NCBI RefSeq assembly: GCF_006345805.1
Contig: NC_043002.1
Coordinates: 28,830,001 to 28,894,000, forward strand
From: Octopus sinensis
Lineage: Eukaryota
Reading direction: 5' to 3'
Length of the DNA stretch: 64,000 nucleotides
Part shown: positions 40,218-52,239 of the stretch, in pieces
Position numbering within the stretch: position 1 is the first letter of the stretch
Layout: each line of letters begins with the position of its first letter
Notes under the pieces: generated by a model
The model's database searches: none
Seen by the model: only the letters and a program-made list of their open reading frames with translations
Told to the model about the DNA's origin: nothing
Position numbers and translations under genes: made by a program

Positions 40218-40389
40218 CTCTGAGAGAGAGTAAAAAAGAGACAGAGAGGGGAGGATTTTGTTGTTTAGTAAAACACAGAAAAACAAAAACTAATATACGG
40301 ACTAAACACAAACGAAAACAATGAACTAGACGGTGAGTGACGAAGAACATCAAATGAATAAAAAAAATTATAAATATTCTCCTAAAGAA
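38537..40389. repeat. About 1.85-kb inverted duplication centred on a (TA)n tract
   Basis: 38537 to about 39420 mirrors about 39450-40389, including unique sequence, microsatellites and a SINE D piece. ORFs 38573..38848(+) and 40090..40452(-) give near-identical peptides. Confidence 0.92.
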
Positions 40390-42020
40390 TATATATATGA
40401 GTGTGTGTATGTACATATATGCGAGTGTAGATATGTGTGTGCATGTGAGCATGTGTGTTTGTGTATCATTGTCTTTGTGTTTGTCCCCACCAACTCTTGT
40501 TGGTTTGTTTATTTGCCCGATAGAGTAAGTATCTACCAGGCTTACAAATAAGTATTTTAATCAAGTGATCGACAATAAACTGGATCACTTTACTGTGTTT
40601 ACACTGCGCGAAGGAGGTGTAAGCACACAAAAGAATTAAAAGTAAACTAGTGTGACTGTGAGAGCCAACGGCGGCTACAATCTGCCCGTAAGAGGACATA
40701 GGCCCCGACAAACTTACCAAATTCAGAGAAGCACTTGAAGGAAACGTGTTGTCACCTAGAGAAGACTTATTACACGCGAGAAAATCATTCTTTCATCAAA
40801 TTTGGCGGGATTACAAATTTGTACTTGAAAATTTAAGAGAAAATATAACGGAAAAGATGCATATAATATATACCTTTAATATTGTTACATTTTGCATATC
40901 TATTATGAAGCAACTTCTTGTCAATGGTAGACCTGTATTGCACTATCTCACTCTTTTAAAAATTCGCCATCATGATTCAAATAGAGATTTATATAATAAG
41001 CAATACATGAAGGGAGGTGTTTCTTATAGTTGAAAAATAATTACAGCATGGAAAATAAATTAATGGAATGTGTGCTTTCTACTATCTATAACATAATGGA
41101 GAAAGCTGCTTATTAATTAGGTATGTAACAGTTACTATAAGAAAGCAATTATTAAAGGCTTGAGGATCTGGAAATTTTTTTATAAATTCATGTTCCAAGA
41201 AATTTCCTGTAATTTCGATTTCTGAAGTTTATTGAATATTTGAACTAGAAGATTTTCTCTAATTTGAATATTTGCTGCATTCACTGCGGAGTAGACTTCA
41301 TAAACGATATTAACTCGTTGCAGGCGAAATTTTACGTTTTCTTTTGCAACGGTCTCTTACTCTCCGCAGGCTCTATTTTCATTAACGATAAGTTAATACG
41401 TATTCATTTTAATGTTTCCATTTCAAGTTTTAATTCGCTATTTGCAAAATCCATAGTTTATTCTATATAGGTAGTGTAAAAAACTTATTTATTGGATGAA
41501 CGAATGCTATTAGACACAATAGCTGTATAACTTTGAGGCTTCCGTTATATAATATATTGGTATAATTAAAAAAATTCAGAAGTGATTTCGTTTGGAACGC
41601 TATAAGCATAATAACTGTATCCCTAATAACTACGTGATTGCTGTTATTTTTAGCACGCTAAATGTGCTCGGGTTACCTTGAAGTTTCTTAAAATTACAGA
41701 TATATTACACCTACGATAAATTACTGAAAGAAATATTTACTAAGCAAGTGAGATCTTTTTATAAATTGAAGTCTTCAGAGAAATTTACTTTCTGAGTTTC
41801 CTTTCATTATTGAATATTTCAAGTTCACAAATTTAAGTATTCTGTATAAGATAGTTTCGCATTCGTTCGCTTGAACTCGCACATTCGTTAATTTCCAAAA
41901 ATAATATTTTATTTATTTAATTTTTGAGCGCTGTGTTCAGCTCTAAGTATATATAGTCAGTCCCACACGCACACGTGTGTCTTTGTATATACGTTTGCAT
42001 ACATTTGTGTATGTGTATGT

Positions 42021-42545
42021 GTGAGAGTGAACATGTACGAGTGGTTCAGACATTTCCAAGTTGGCCGAAAAAATGTCGATATTGATGAGCTTTCTGGGAG
42101 ACCCGCAACCAGCAGAACTGAGAAAAACATTGCAGATGTGCGTGCAACTGTGAGGGGGAATCGTCAAATCACCAACCGTGAGTTATCAGAGGATATGCAG
42201 ATATGTTGCGATTCATTTCAGTTCATTATCCCTGAAGATTTCGAAAAGATATTAGTGTCTACCAAGTTTGATCCCAAACTACTTTCAACTGACCAAAATG
42301 ATACTGGAGTTTTAGTAGCACAAGATCTCATTGACTGTGTTGAAGTCAATGAAAAGTTTTGAAAACTTTACGTAGGCCTCTGAGCAGGTATCACCAAGCT
42401 TTTGGCAAAATTTGATGTAGATTCTCTCTCAACTTTCTCATGGTCAATGCAGCGATCACACGTTAAACACGTTACTTTCAAGCACTGTTATAAACAGCGG
42501 AAGTGAATTAGAAAGTTAAAACTTAGTGTTTTAGATCAATCTGTG
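42021..42545 (+). pseudogene. Mariner (Tc1/mariner) transposase N-terminal remnant, internally deleted
   Basis: MYEWFRHFQVGRKNVDIDELSGRPATSRTEKNIADVRATVRGNRQITNRELSED...KFDPKLLSTDQ matches the mariner HTH region (EWFxRFxxG..SGRP..R.T.RE..E..K.VP+LL..Q). Confidence 0.82.
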
Positions 42546-43519
42546 GTAAGGGGTTTTACTCTGCATGCCTTAGCTTCGTTACGATGGCAACAGTGCGGAC
42601 ACTTATTGATCAGACCACGTATTCATATAAGCATGCATGTGTGTATACATGCATGTATGTACGTATGTATGTATGTAAGTATGCATATATATATGTATGT
42701 ATATATATATATAATGTATATGTAAACTTATCACATTCGCATATTTTTCAGAGAAAAAAGAGGGAGAGAGGTGGGTTGGTGTTAGCTGGTTTGCGATTTC
42801 AAAAGATAACAAAAACTAACTGAACTGAAAACCTATCTACCACACCGTTCCCACTCTTCTATGACATATGATATATGAGGAGCGGAAAAAAGCTTCCATG
42901 TTGAAGTATGAAAAAAAATATATGTCATGGAATAAATCAGAAGTTTTAGGGAAAATAATGATGCAGCATTCTAATTAACACTTTGTTATCTGTAAACCTG
43001 ATAACCCGGATATTATTCTGCCGAAGAGAGAACAAACGTTAAAACACGTACAGTTAAGGAAATCAACCACTTGGACCAAAAATATATCGCATTTATATGC
43101 AATGAAGTGGAAAATATTTATGAGCAGTTGTTACAGAATATCTAACTGCTAAATCTTGATTGCAGATTCACATATTTATCTGCAATTATTATTGTTAAAA
43201 TTGGTTATGCAATTGCATGTCAATAGACAATTGCATTAAGTAGTTTTATGAATACTCTGTTAAAACTTCTACAATATTTTATTAGGTTTTTATATAAAAG
43301 TTGATGTTAACTAATAATGTAATGGCGACGATAAAAACATTATTATTACTCACATTATTCCAATGCATAATGCTCGGATCTTCATAATGGCCGAGAGAAA
43401 AGTACATCTCATGGTTTATCACAGATGTTTATAAAATACCAGTCGCGTACTAGGGTCGATGGTATCGATTTAATCTATCTGAAAATTTCTGGCTTTTCAT
43501 TCCTACAGAGACAGTTTAG

Positions 43520-43710
43520 GGCGGTAGACAGAACCATCAGAAAGTCCAGGAAACTGCTTTGCAGCTTATCGTTCTTGTCTTAATGTTCTGAGTTTAAATC
43601 GCGCGGAGGTCGACTTTATCATTCATACCTCCGAAGTTGATAAAATAATGCACCATTCAAATGTAGAGATCGATGGAATTGACTAGCGCCATCTCTACAA
43701 GTTTGCTAGC
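43520..43710 (+). mobile_element. Old family A SINE
   Basis: ttctgagtttaaatcgcgcggaggtcgactttatcattcatacctccgaagttgataaaat is a diverged family A head/core. Confidence 0.6.
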
Positions 43711-43734
43711 CTCAAAGTTGCTTATATGTCTTCC

Positions 43735-45910
43735 GGATCAAGGTGGCCAAATTTCTTTAGAAATCTAGAAACTTTCTTGGCAAAGCTTTCCTATACTAGC
43801 GGATGCACAGTAGGAGAGTGTAAGGTTAAGCTATTGAAGAAGGAGTACAAAAGATTCAAAAGTCTACTTAGGTAGTGGCCACAATTTAAACTAGTCAGCT
43901 TGACAAATCCTAAATTTGTGGCCTGCACGGTCAACTTAGATAGGTCTCACGCATCATTCCTGGCTCAATGTTCATCGGGATAGTGTTAGTGAGCTTGATA
44001 AGCCGCAACTAATGTGAGTAGTATTCTTTAACTAGTGGTGGGGTACCCAGTAGAAGGTGAGCTGATATGAGTCAATAGTGTTTAGTACCAGAGGGAAATA
44101 GATTTGATGGGGAGATACCTAGCAAGATAGAAGAGACGTTATAAAATGCCTCTTCGCGATCGCGACAGATGTGCAGGCATAGGAATGGCTTCCCGCCATT
44201 TACCTAACCCTTATTATGAAGACGATGTAGTCAGAACACGGATTTGTGCTATAAAACAAGAAGAATTGAAAGCTGTTCAATGAATCTGGGTTCAGGGGCA
44301 CAGTGTTGTGAAAAGGTCACCATGTAGCACTTTTCACGACCTTTCGGGATACGTAGTTCATTCGAGATGGTTCTCGGCAAATGGCCAATAACAACATTAA
44401 GATACAAAAGTTAGAGAGCCGTTGGAAAGGGAGAAATACCCAATTTGCCTGATCTACTCAAAGAGATTTATGGTTATATGTTTCACAACCTTTCAAAAGA
44501 TGTCTACTGCAATTATCAGCAGAAAGGTAGAATTCTCATTCTGTGAGCTGCAGAGCCCTAATGCTGCCCAGGAAAGACACCAACAAAGAGGATATTATAA
44601 ATAATTGCAGACCTGTTCAAGGCAGTATTTAAGATTTTGCTCAAGGTATTTGCAAAACTGATTGCTGTTGTCATGCACGTTGGTTAAGAAATTTCAGTCC
44701 TGTGTGATCATCCATCTACGGTAGCCTTCATCTCTTGCATACATCAGAGAGAAGGTGGAAAACAAACGAAGTTTTGGTAAGGTCTTGGTCAGTATTGATC
44801 AGTTAAGGGCTATTGCTTCTTGGTCCTAGAAGCGACAAGTATAGCAGTAACACTGTTGCATTTGCTAGATGGTCAGAGTGAACGCTAATCTTTCGGAAAC
44901 ATTGCACATCAGGCGCATGCACTGTCAGTAGTATGCTCTTTCATTTCTTTTAAATCTTCTGGCTCTCAAGCTACTGTTACAGAAGCTCGAACTCCTAATG
45001 GGTGTCAGAGAGCGGAAGGGTTCTATCGGCGTATGAAGATAAAGTCAACAATCTTTTCTGAAGCGATAGGCCATTCGTGTCTGGGCTAAGAGAGTAGGTC
45101 TCCGGAAGATGTGGCTCAATAGAAGCAATAGTGATGATCACTGGAGATAGATAGATAGATAAATAGATAGAGAGAGAGAGAGAGAAAGAGAGAGAGATAG
45201 AGGGAGAGAAAGATGTTGCTAGAAGTGTAAAACGATGTTTGATTGGGTCAGGTGTTACATTTCTTGGAACTGAACAGATTGAAACATAAATATGAGTAAG
45301 AAATTTAAGTTTTGTGGGTATAGCAGCAAGTTTTTAGGAGCAATACTTCAATGTAACGAAAGGGATGGCGTCAGCACCTGTGGCTTTGCTTGTTTTAAGG
45401 AATAGAATTTCCGAATTTGGCGTGTATGTTTGTAGAAAAATGATCATATTGGAGTCAAAGGGGTTAGATTTAAAGGAGACTAACCAGCGGTGCGTAGTAA
45501 GGAGTTGGATGCAAAGTGCGGAACGAAAGTGAAGCCTATCTCTAGTAGGACACTGCTTACACAGACATCCTTGTTTAGAAGTAAAAAAGTTGACTCCATA
45601 AATCTGGTGCTGATTCTTTTTAAAAAGGTTGTTGGTTGGGAACGAGAAATCTTCAGGACCTTGTGAAATTTGAAGGCATTCTTTTGTATACGAGTTAATA
45701 GCCTACAAGAATTGCGCTGCTGGGTGAATACCATCCAGTTTTGTGAAGTACGTGAGAAAAATATTCATATTCTCGCATGCACACATATTTGGCTGGCTTC
45801 TGTACAGTCTAGAGCGACCTAATCCCGAGATTATGATGGAAGACACTTGATCAAAATGTCAAGCAACAGGACTATGGAATTCGGAATAACGAGGCTCCGG
45901 AGTGAACTTG
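43735..45910 (+). pseudogene. Old, heavily mutated Tx1-like LINE ORF2 related to 157-3487
   Basis: Collinear patches: NFFRNLETFLA (vs DFFRRLEVFLG), cctaaatttgtggcctgcacggtcaacttagatagg (vs DHKLVTCTLDLDK), caacaaagaggatattataaataattgcagacc (vs NKGNIIDNFRP), SAYEDKV (vs SAYADDV), gacctaatcccgagat near the zinc knuckle. The 3' half is less certain. Confidence 0.65.
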
Positions 45911-45919
45911 ATAATGAGA

Positions 45920-45952
<33 letters not shown>

Positions 45953-46962
45953 AGTAAGAGAGAGATACAGAAAGAGAGAGATTGTATTTTGAGAGAGGGG
46001 GAGGGGGAGGGTGTAGATGAGAAAATATAAGGGAGATAGAGAGAGAGAGAGTGACAGAAAAATATTGGTAGGCAGAGGAAGATAAATTACGAAAACGATA
46101 GATGAAACAAAGAGGACGGGGAAACAAAGATGAAAGACTCGATGAAAACTATGGAGAAAAAAATACGGAAAGATGGGTTGATAGAAGAGAAAAATGAACT
46201 GACTGGAGAGTTAGAGAGAAGGGTAACGCTAAAGTCAAATAGAGAGCAGAGGATGGAAGTAGAAGATGATAAAAGGACACGAGAGACATGAGATATTAGG
46301 AAAAGAAGCCAAAGGCTGACATATGTGAATGGAGCGAACGAAATCAAGAGTAAATATATTATGTAAAAAGTAAAAAAAAAGAAGACACAACAATAAACGA
46401 ACGGAAAAATACAAAATAAACAGGAGAAAACGAGAAAAAATTAAGTGAAACTCAAAGTAATGTAGTAAAGAAGCACATGAAAGTCAAAATATAAAATAAA
46501 GAAATAAAAAAAATGACCTAAAATATACAACAATAATTACTACGACAATCACCAATGGGATAAGAATAAAAAAAAAAAAGCAACGTCCAACAAGACATGA
46601 AACGCACAAAACAACAACGATTACGGCAGCAACAACAAGAACTGCATTAAGGAAGACAATGACAAGAGCAGAAGCATCAAGAAAATTAAATCAAGAACAA
46701 AAACATTTAGACGGAAAAGAAAATCAAAGAAAACAAAAATAAAAATAAAAGACAGAAACATGTCCGTCGTTTCGGTAGCCATATTGAATGGGAAATGTGG
46801 CTTTTGAGTACGTAACAGTTTATCATAGACATGGATAGTACGTATTCATATGTGTGTATGCGTGTATGAATGTATGTATGTATGAATGTATGTATGTATG
46901 TATGTATGTATGTATGTATGTATGTATGTATGTATGTATGTTTTGTTGTGTATGTATATATA

Positions 46963-47007
<45 letters not shown>

Positions 47008-47403
47008 ATATAATATATATAATATATATATATATATGTACGTATATATGTATATACATGTCTCTCTCTATCTCTCTTTCTCTCCCTCTCTGGTGTTCGA
47101 GTACTATTTTTTCCATTTTGTTTCACATTTATGCGCTTACTCTGGTATATATATATTATATATATATATATGTACATACATACATAAACAGACATCCACA
47201 AGCTCGCGCACACATACCCTACGTTACTCTGTTGAAATGCATGTGGGCATGTGTGTTGGTATTTGTGTGTATGTGTTTACGTATGTGTATATACGCATCC
47301 ACATATAGAAGCAGACATATACATACAAACATATATACATAGACACACATATATACATACACACACGTGTATGTGCATATATATACATATATATATATAT
47401 ATA

Positions 47404-47454
<51 letters not shown>

Positions 47455-47959
47455 GTGTATACATATGTATATATAATATATATAATATATATATATATAT
47501 ATATAATATATATTATATATAAAAGCATCCGCAAACACATACGAACATATGCATTTCAATTGCAAACTAACGCAAAAGCAAGAAACAGCATGAAACAAAA
47601 GTGAGTAAAAAACGGTGTAAAAATATAAGAAAACCTAGAAAAAACTTAGTTAATCATGTCAGTAAAAATCTACGGAGATGTTTCACACTTGGTAAATAAA
47701 TTAGATTCGCTTTGCTCTCACTCTTCTAATCAATGCTAGGAATACCGCCATTTACGGGATTACTTGATCGACCTCAATCACTGTGAAACACACGCATATA
47801 TATGAAGTTCACCAACGTCTCATTCACTGTCTAATTCTTTACCTTTATTTTTAAGTATTGTTCGGCGCCATAATTATTCGTTACATGACAACAACAACAA
47901 TAACAACAGCAGTAACTACAACAATAACAAAACAGTTCTATATTTAAGAGAGAAGGTAT

Positions 47960-48180
47960 TATGTACATTGTTTACGTTATTTATATTTGACGGATATTTG
48001 TTCTCATCTTCTTTGTTGTTAACACAAGGTCTCCGCTGATATACCCTCTAGCCTTCATCAGGTGTCATAACCACGCTCTTAACCACTACGCCATATGCTC
48101 ACGGGCATATGGCGTAATGGCTGAGAGCGCGGGCTACTAACCCCAAGATTCCGAGTTCGATTCCACGCAGTGACCTCAAT
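47960..48180. mobile_element. Family H1 unit (minus: truncated tRNA-like head, mutated hammerhead, tail) with inverted tRNA-like head on plus
   Basis: Hammerhead 48021-48066 minus (GACAC-CTGATGA-A-GGCT..AGCG-GAGA-CC-TT-GTGTT, core mutated). Head copies at 48074-48098(-) and 48103-48175(+) with A box TGGCGTAATGG and B box GAGTTCGATTCC. Confidence 0.75.
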
Positions 48181-48189
48181 AATAATAAT

Positions 48190-48665
48190 AGTAATAAAAG
48201 ATGGGCTACAGCAGATATTCTGCTCAATACCACAGATTTGCTTGTCAGTTGTTTGACCTTAACTAGTTGACCATGTCCCTTAGTGGTTGACAATATGTGC
48301 AGCTCTGATCATGAGCAGAAGTAGTGGGGGAGCATCATAGCCTCTTGTTGAAAGGAATTCTTAGAGGTTTGGATAATTCACCTTTGGAAACATGGGTGCT
48401 TCGTTCAACATCCTTAAACAATCTTTATTCAGGGACCTTTTGAGCGGGATGGGCTCCTCGACCAGAAGAAAATTCTAACTGGGTCCCACCTGCAAGTTCA
48501 TGTACTGTTTATCTTGATATGACATCACCATGTCGCGCACATATGGTTGTGATGCATGTACCTGGTATACCCTTATCAGACGGGTAGTCATGATGGGTAT
48601 ACTGGGCTTCGTATATTTTACCCCAGTGTCACTTTGATGGCAAGCACTGCTCTCTCTCTCAGTAA
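48190..48665 (+). mobile_element. Non-coding repeat family B between TAA runs
   Basis: Longer copy of 12236-12600; begins after aataataatagt and ends gctctctctctcagtaataataat. Confidence 0.75.
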
Positions 48666-48679
48666 TAATAATATTAGTT

Positions 48680-48814
48680 ACATTTTTATATTCGACGGAT
48701 ATATGTCCTCATCTTGTTGTTAACAAGATGAGGACAGATGTCTTAACCACGTAGTGGTTGAGAGCGTGGGCTACTAACACCAAGATTCCAAGTTCAATTC
48801 CAAGCAGTGACCTC

Positions 48815-48860
<46 letters not shown>

Positions 48861-49143
48861 GTAATAATAATAATTATTATAACATTATTTATAGTTTTTA
48901 CAGTCGACGGATATATGTCCCCATCTTGTTTGTTGTTAACACAACGTTTCGGCTGATATATCCTCCAGCCGTCTTCAGGTGTCTTGGGGAAATTTCGAAC
49001 CTGGGTTCTCATTATTAAGGCATTTTTCGATGTTATTATTATTAATATTATTGTTGTTGTTGTTGTTGTTGTTGAGAGTTAGTATCTTGTTAGAATCTTG
49101 GAGTTAGAAGTCGGCATTCTTAACCACTACGCCATATGCCCGT
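48680..49143 (-). mobile_element. Penelope 3' region / family H1 units (tRNA-like head, AAC/AAT run, hammerhead, tail) with inverted fragments
   Basis: Minus order: head 49141-49092, (AAC/AAT)n, hammerhead 48983-48938, tail to about 48885. An additional plus-strand head lies at 48751-48812 and a fold-back tail at 48707-48735. Confidence 0.78.
48938..48983 (-). ncRNA. Intact-core minimal type-I hammerhead ribozyme (family H1)
   Basis: Minus: GACAC-CTGAAGA-C-GGCTG(GAGGATATAT)CAGCC-GAAA-CG-TT-GTGTT. Stem I GACAC/GTGTT, 5-bp stem II, palindromic AACGTT stem III, GUU site, one extra nt after A9. Confidence 0.82.
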
Positions 49144-49169
49144 GGGCAATTATAGAGTGAATTTTAGGG

Positions 49170-50420
49170 CTTATAAATCTAATATTTTTCTATTCTTCCT
49201 TAATACAGGTTCTCATATGCTGCTCATATCTGTACTCGGTCTGCTTAGGAGGTGGTTGTGTGCTAGCATATGTGCTGCTTCTTTTAGTTTTTCGTATTTT
49301 CCATTGGTGTTCTCCAGTTTTCCATACATGATAAGCTATACCCGATTTATCAATATCTCCTCGTGTCACAGCTTTTTAATGTTTGTCTACCCTTAATTTG
49401 AAGAGCGGCATGTTTTGCCGTTGTATAACCTTCCACATCTGCACGAGATGGAGTACACGCAGTCTTTGGTCATATTCTCTTCTATTGATGGTCTTACTCG
49501 AAGGGGATATTTGCGAAGTGTTGTATTATTCTTGATGTCATATGGGCCGCATATCTATTGTATCTTTTCGGAGAGGCCTTTCACATAGGGTAGGCAGACT
49601 GTGGACAGTTTATTGGCTTCATCCTCTCGCTTCTTAATTTGAGTGGATAGTATACTTTTGGGATAGTTGTTGCTTAAGAGATCGTTATTGAGCTTGATCA
49701 TTTCTTCGTTGTGTGTATCCAGATCGCTACTTATATTCTTTCCACAATGTTTTAGGCACTGAGTAATCCCTCTCCTAACACTGTATGGATGGTGAGAATT
49801 GAAGTTCAAGTATCGTCCAGTAAAGGTCGGCTTCCGGTATACGGATGTCCTGAATCCATACTTGGAGCGTGTTATTAATACGTCCAGGAATGTAAGTTGA
49901 TTGCCTTTTTCCTTTTCCATTGTGAACTGTATGGATGGCTTTGTTGAGTTCACATGATCTAACAGCAATTGGACATATTCCTGGAGGGGTCAGAGTATAA
50001 AGATGTCATCAACATATCGTAGCCATAGTGTTGGTTTTAATGGTGTTGCTCCTAAAGCCAAAGTATTCCATGTATATATTGGCTATTACCAGTGATAGTG
50101 GCGAACCCATAGCTAAACCTTCCTCTTGTCGATATATATCGATGTCCATACTGAAGTAGGTAGCTTCTACACAGAAGGTCAACATTATCATCAAGTTTCT
50201 TATTGGTATACTAGTGCGTTCTTTTAGATGGGTGTCTGTCACTCGTTTTTCTTGTATCACCGATAGTTCTTCACCAGTTGGGACATTCGTGAACAGGCTT
50301 ATCACATCTAGACTCACCATCTGGTTGGATCAATGGGAGTATCCTTGATCAATTCTGTGAAGTGGGTGGAATTCTTCACGTACAATGTTGACTTTCCTGC
50401 TAATGGACTGATTATATCCT
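49170..50420 (-). pseudogene. Penelope-like element ORF remnant (RT + GIY-YIG endonuclease)
   Basis: VKNSTHF...MVSLDVISLFTNVP...GLAMGSPLS..IANIYMEYF...RYVDDIF...FLDVLI...SVYRKPT..GRYLNFNSHHP...DCVYSISCRCGRLYNGKT...KSGIAYHVW. Disrupted by stops and frameshifts. Confidence 0.9.
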
Positions 50421-50507
50421 CATCTTAAGGAAAGTATTATCTGTCTGATGTCTTTGGTGTGACTTGACAGATGACTAAAGACTCCGGTGCATTTTTACGT
50501 ACACTGT

Positions 50508-50593
50508 GGTACGAAGGAATAATAATAATAATATTAATAATAATAATAATAATGATGATGATGATGATGATGATGATAATAATAGTAATAATA

Positions 50594-50659
<66 letters not shown>

Positions 50660-50667
50660 GTAATGAT
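50508..50667. repeat. (TAA)n/(TGA)n microsatellite
   Basis: Directly visible. Confidence 0.95.
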
Positions 50668-50689
50668 AAACAGCTGATTCTGTAGGCAT

Positions 50690-51322
50690 AAAATTGCCAA
50701 ACGGAGAGCGAATGGAAAACTCGGATGATGATGGTTTCAAAGCTGGGCAATAACTTGCGTTAAGAAATGAAAGACAAGGTCACCACTACATATTTGAAGC
50801 GCCTCAAACTACTCTTGAAGTCAAAACTCAACCCAAAGATCCTTGTGACTGCTATCGACATATAAGCTATTGCTGCAGTCCGCTATAGTGCACCCATTCT
50901 GAAATGGACACGAGCGGAGATTAACCAGCTCGGTCGCATTACCACAAAGGCAATAACATTGCAATAGTGCCTTCCACCCTATGGCGAACGCACACAGGCT
51001 TTACGTGGAGAGGTTTGAAGGTGGACGTCAGCTGATTAGCCGACGAGAGTGTATAAAAGTGAGAGAAGAAACATGGTAGCGTATTTAATAAAAAAAGCAA
51101 GGAAGATCTGCTACAGTATGCTACTAATACGGAAGGATTTACCAGCAAGGACTTGAAAGTGCTAATGAATTCCATTTACGAATAGCCAACAAGAGAGAAA
51201 AAACTCTACTCCACATAGAATTGCAACTTAAAAGACAGGAAGCATAATGGAAGTTACTCAGCAAGGGTGACCTTAAAAAGAAGACTGAAAGCCGAATCAT
51301 CGCAGCCTAGGATCAGGCATTG
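50690..51322 (+). mobile_element. Internal fragment of R4/Dong-like LINE (post-RT region)
   Basis: YLKRLKLLLKSKLNPKILVTAIDI*AIAAVRYSAPILKWTRAEINQLGRIT...HPMANAHRLYVERFEGGRQLIS...KGDLKKKTESRIIAA*DQAL is the characteristic R4 post-RT sequence. Confidence 0.82.
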
Positions 51323-51394
51323 AATATATATATATATACTTATACAAACATATATATACGTTTACATATATATGTATGTATGCATGTATGTATG

Positions 51395-51720
51395 AGTGGT
51401 GCAGGCATGGCTGTGTAGGAAGAAGTTTGTTTCCTAAACGCATAGTTCCGGTTTCAACCCATTGTGTATGACTGCGGGAAAGTGTCTTCTTCTGTAGCTT
51501 CAAGTTAACCAAAGAATTATGAGTGTGTTCGTTAGTCGGAAACTGAAAGAAGACTGACGTATATATCCATGTCGTTGCGTTTACGTCTCTGTAGCGTTTC
51601 GGCCACGTACCAGGCATAAAAAAGAGAAAGAGACTGCTGTTGATGCGTTCGATTAAAATTCCTCAAGGCAGTGCCCCTGCATGATTGCAGTCTAATGATT
51701 GAGACAAGAAAACGAAATAA
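51395..51720 (+). mobile_element. tRNA-derived SINE family D
   Basis: gcatggctgtgtaggaagaagtttg...ccggtttcaaccca...gtgtcttct...cggaaactgaaagaagac.gacgtatat...; related fragments at about 22520-22570(-) and 39175-39320(+). Confidence 0.7.
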
Positions 51721-51874
51721 TATAGATACACAGATATAAAAATAATACATACAAATACGCGCATGTGCTCATTTATTCGTGTACAGAAACGCTAGCATTA
51801 TTCACACAAATGCAGATACATAACTGCATGCTCATAATGGATGCGTGCATATATATGTATGTATATATATATAT

Positions 51875-51954
<80 letters not shown>

Positions 51955-51960
51955 TATAAT

Positions 51961-51993
<33 letters not shown>

Positions 51994-52155
51994 CATATAC
52001 ATATATGTATATAAAAATACATATCTGCGGTTGTATGTGTGCCAGCGTATGCGTGTGTGTGTCTGTATTTGCATATGTCTGTGTAATGTTTTCGTGTCTT
52101 TTCTTGAGTTGATTTGCGTAAAATTGAACTATTTTTGTTGTTTTTTACGCGCGTT

Positions 52156-52239
<84 letters not shown>

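Noticed and set aside
48103-48175. Possible genuine tRNA gene
   Set aside because: The acceptor stem does not close, it is multicopy with truncated and inverted versions, and it is tied to the H1 repeat; treated as a tRNA-derived head. The same applies to the SINE head at about 31105-31176.
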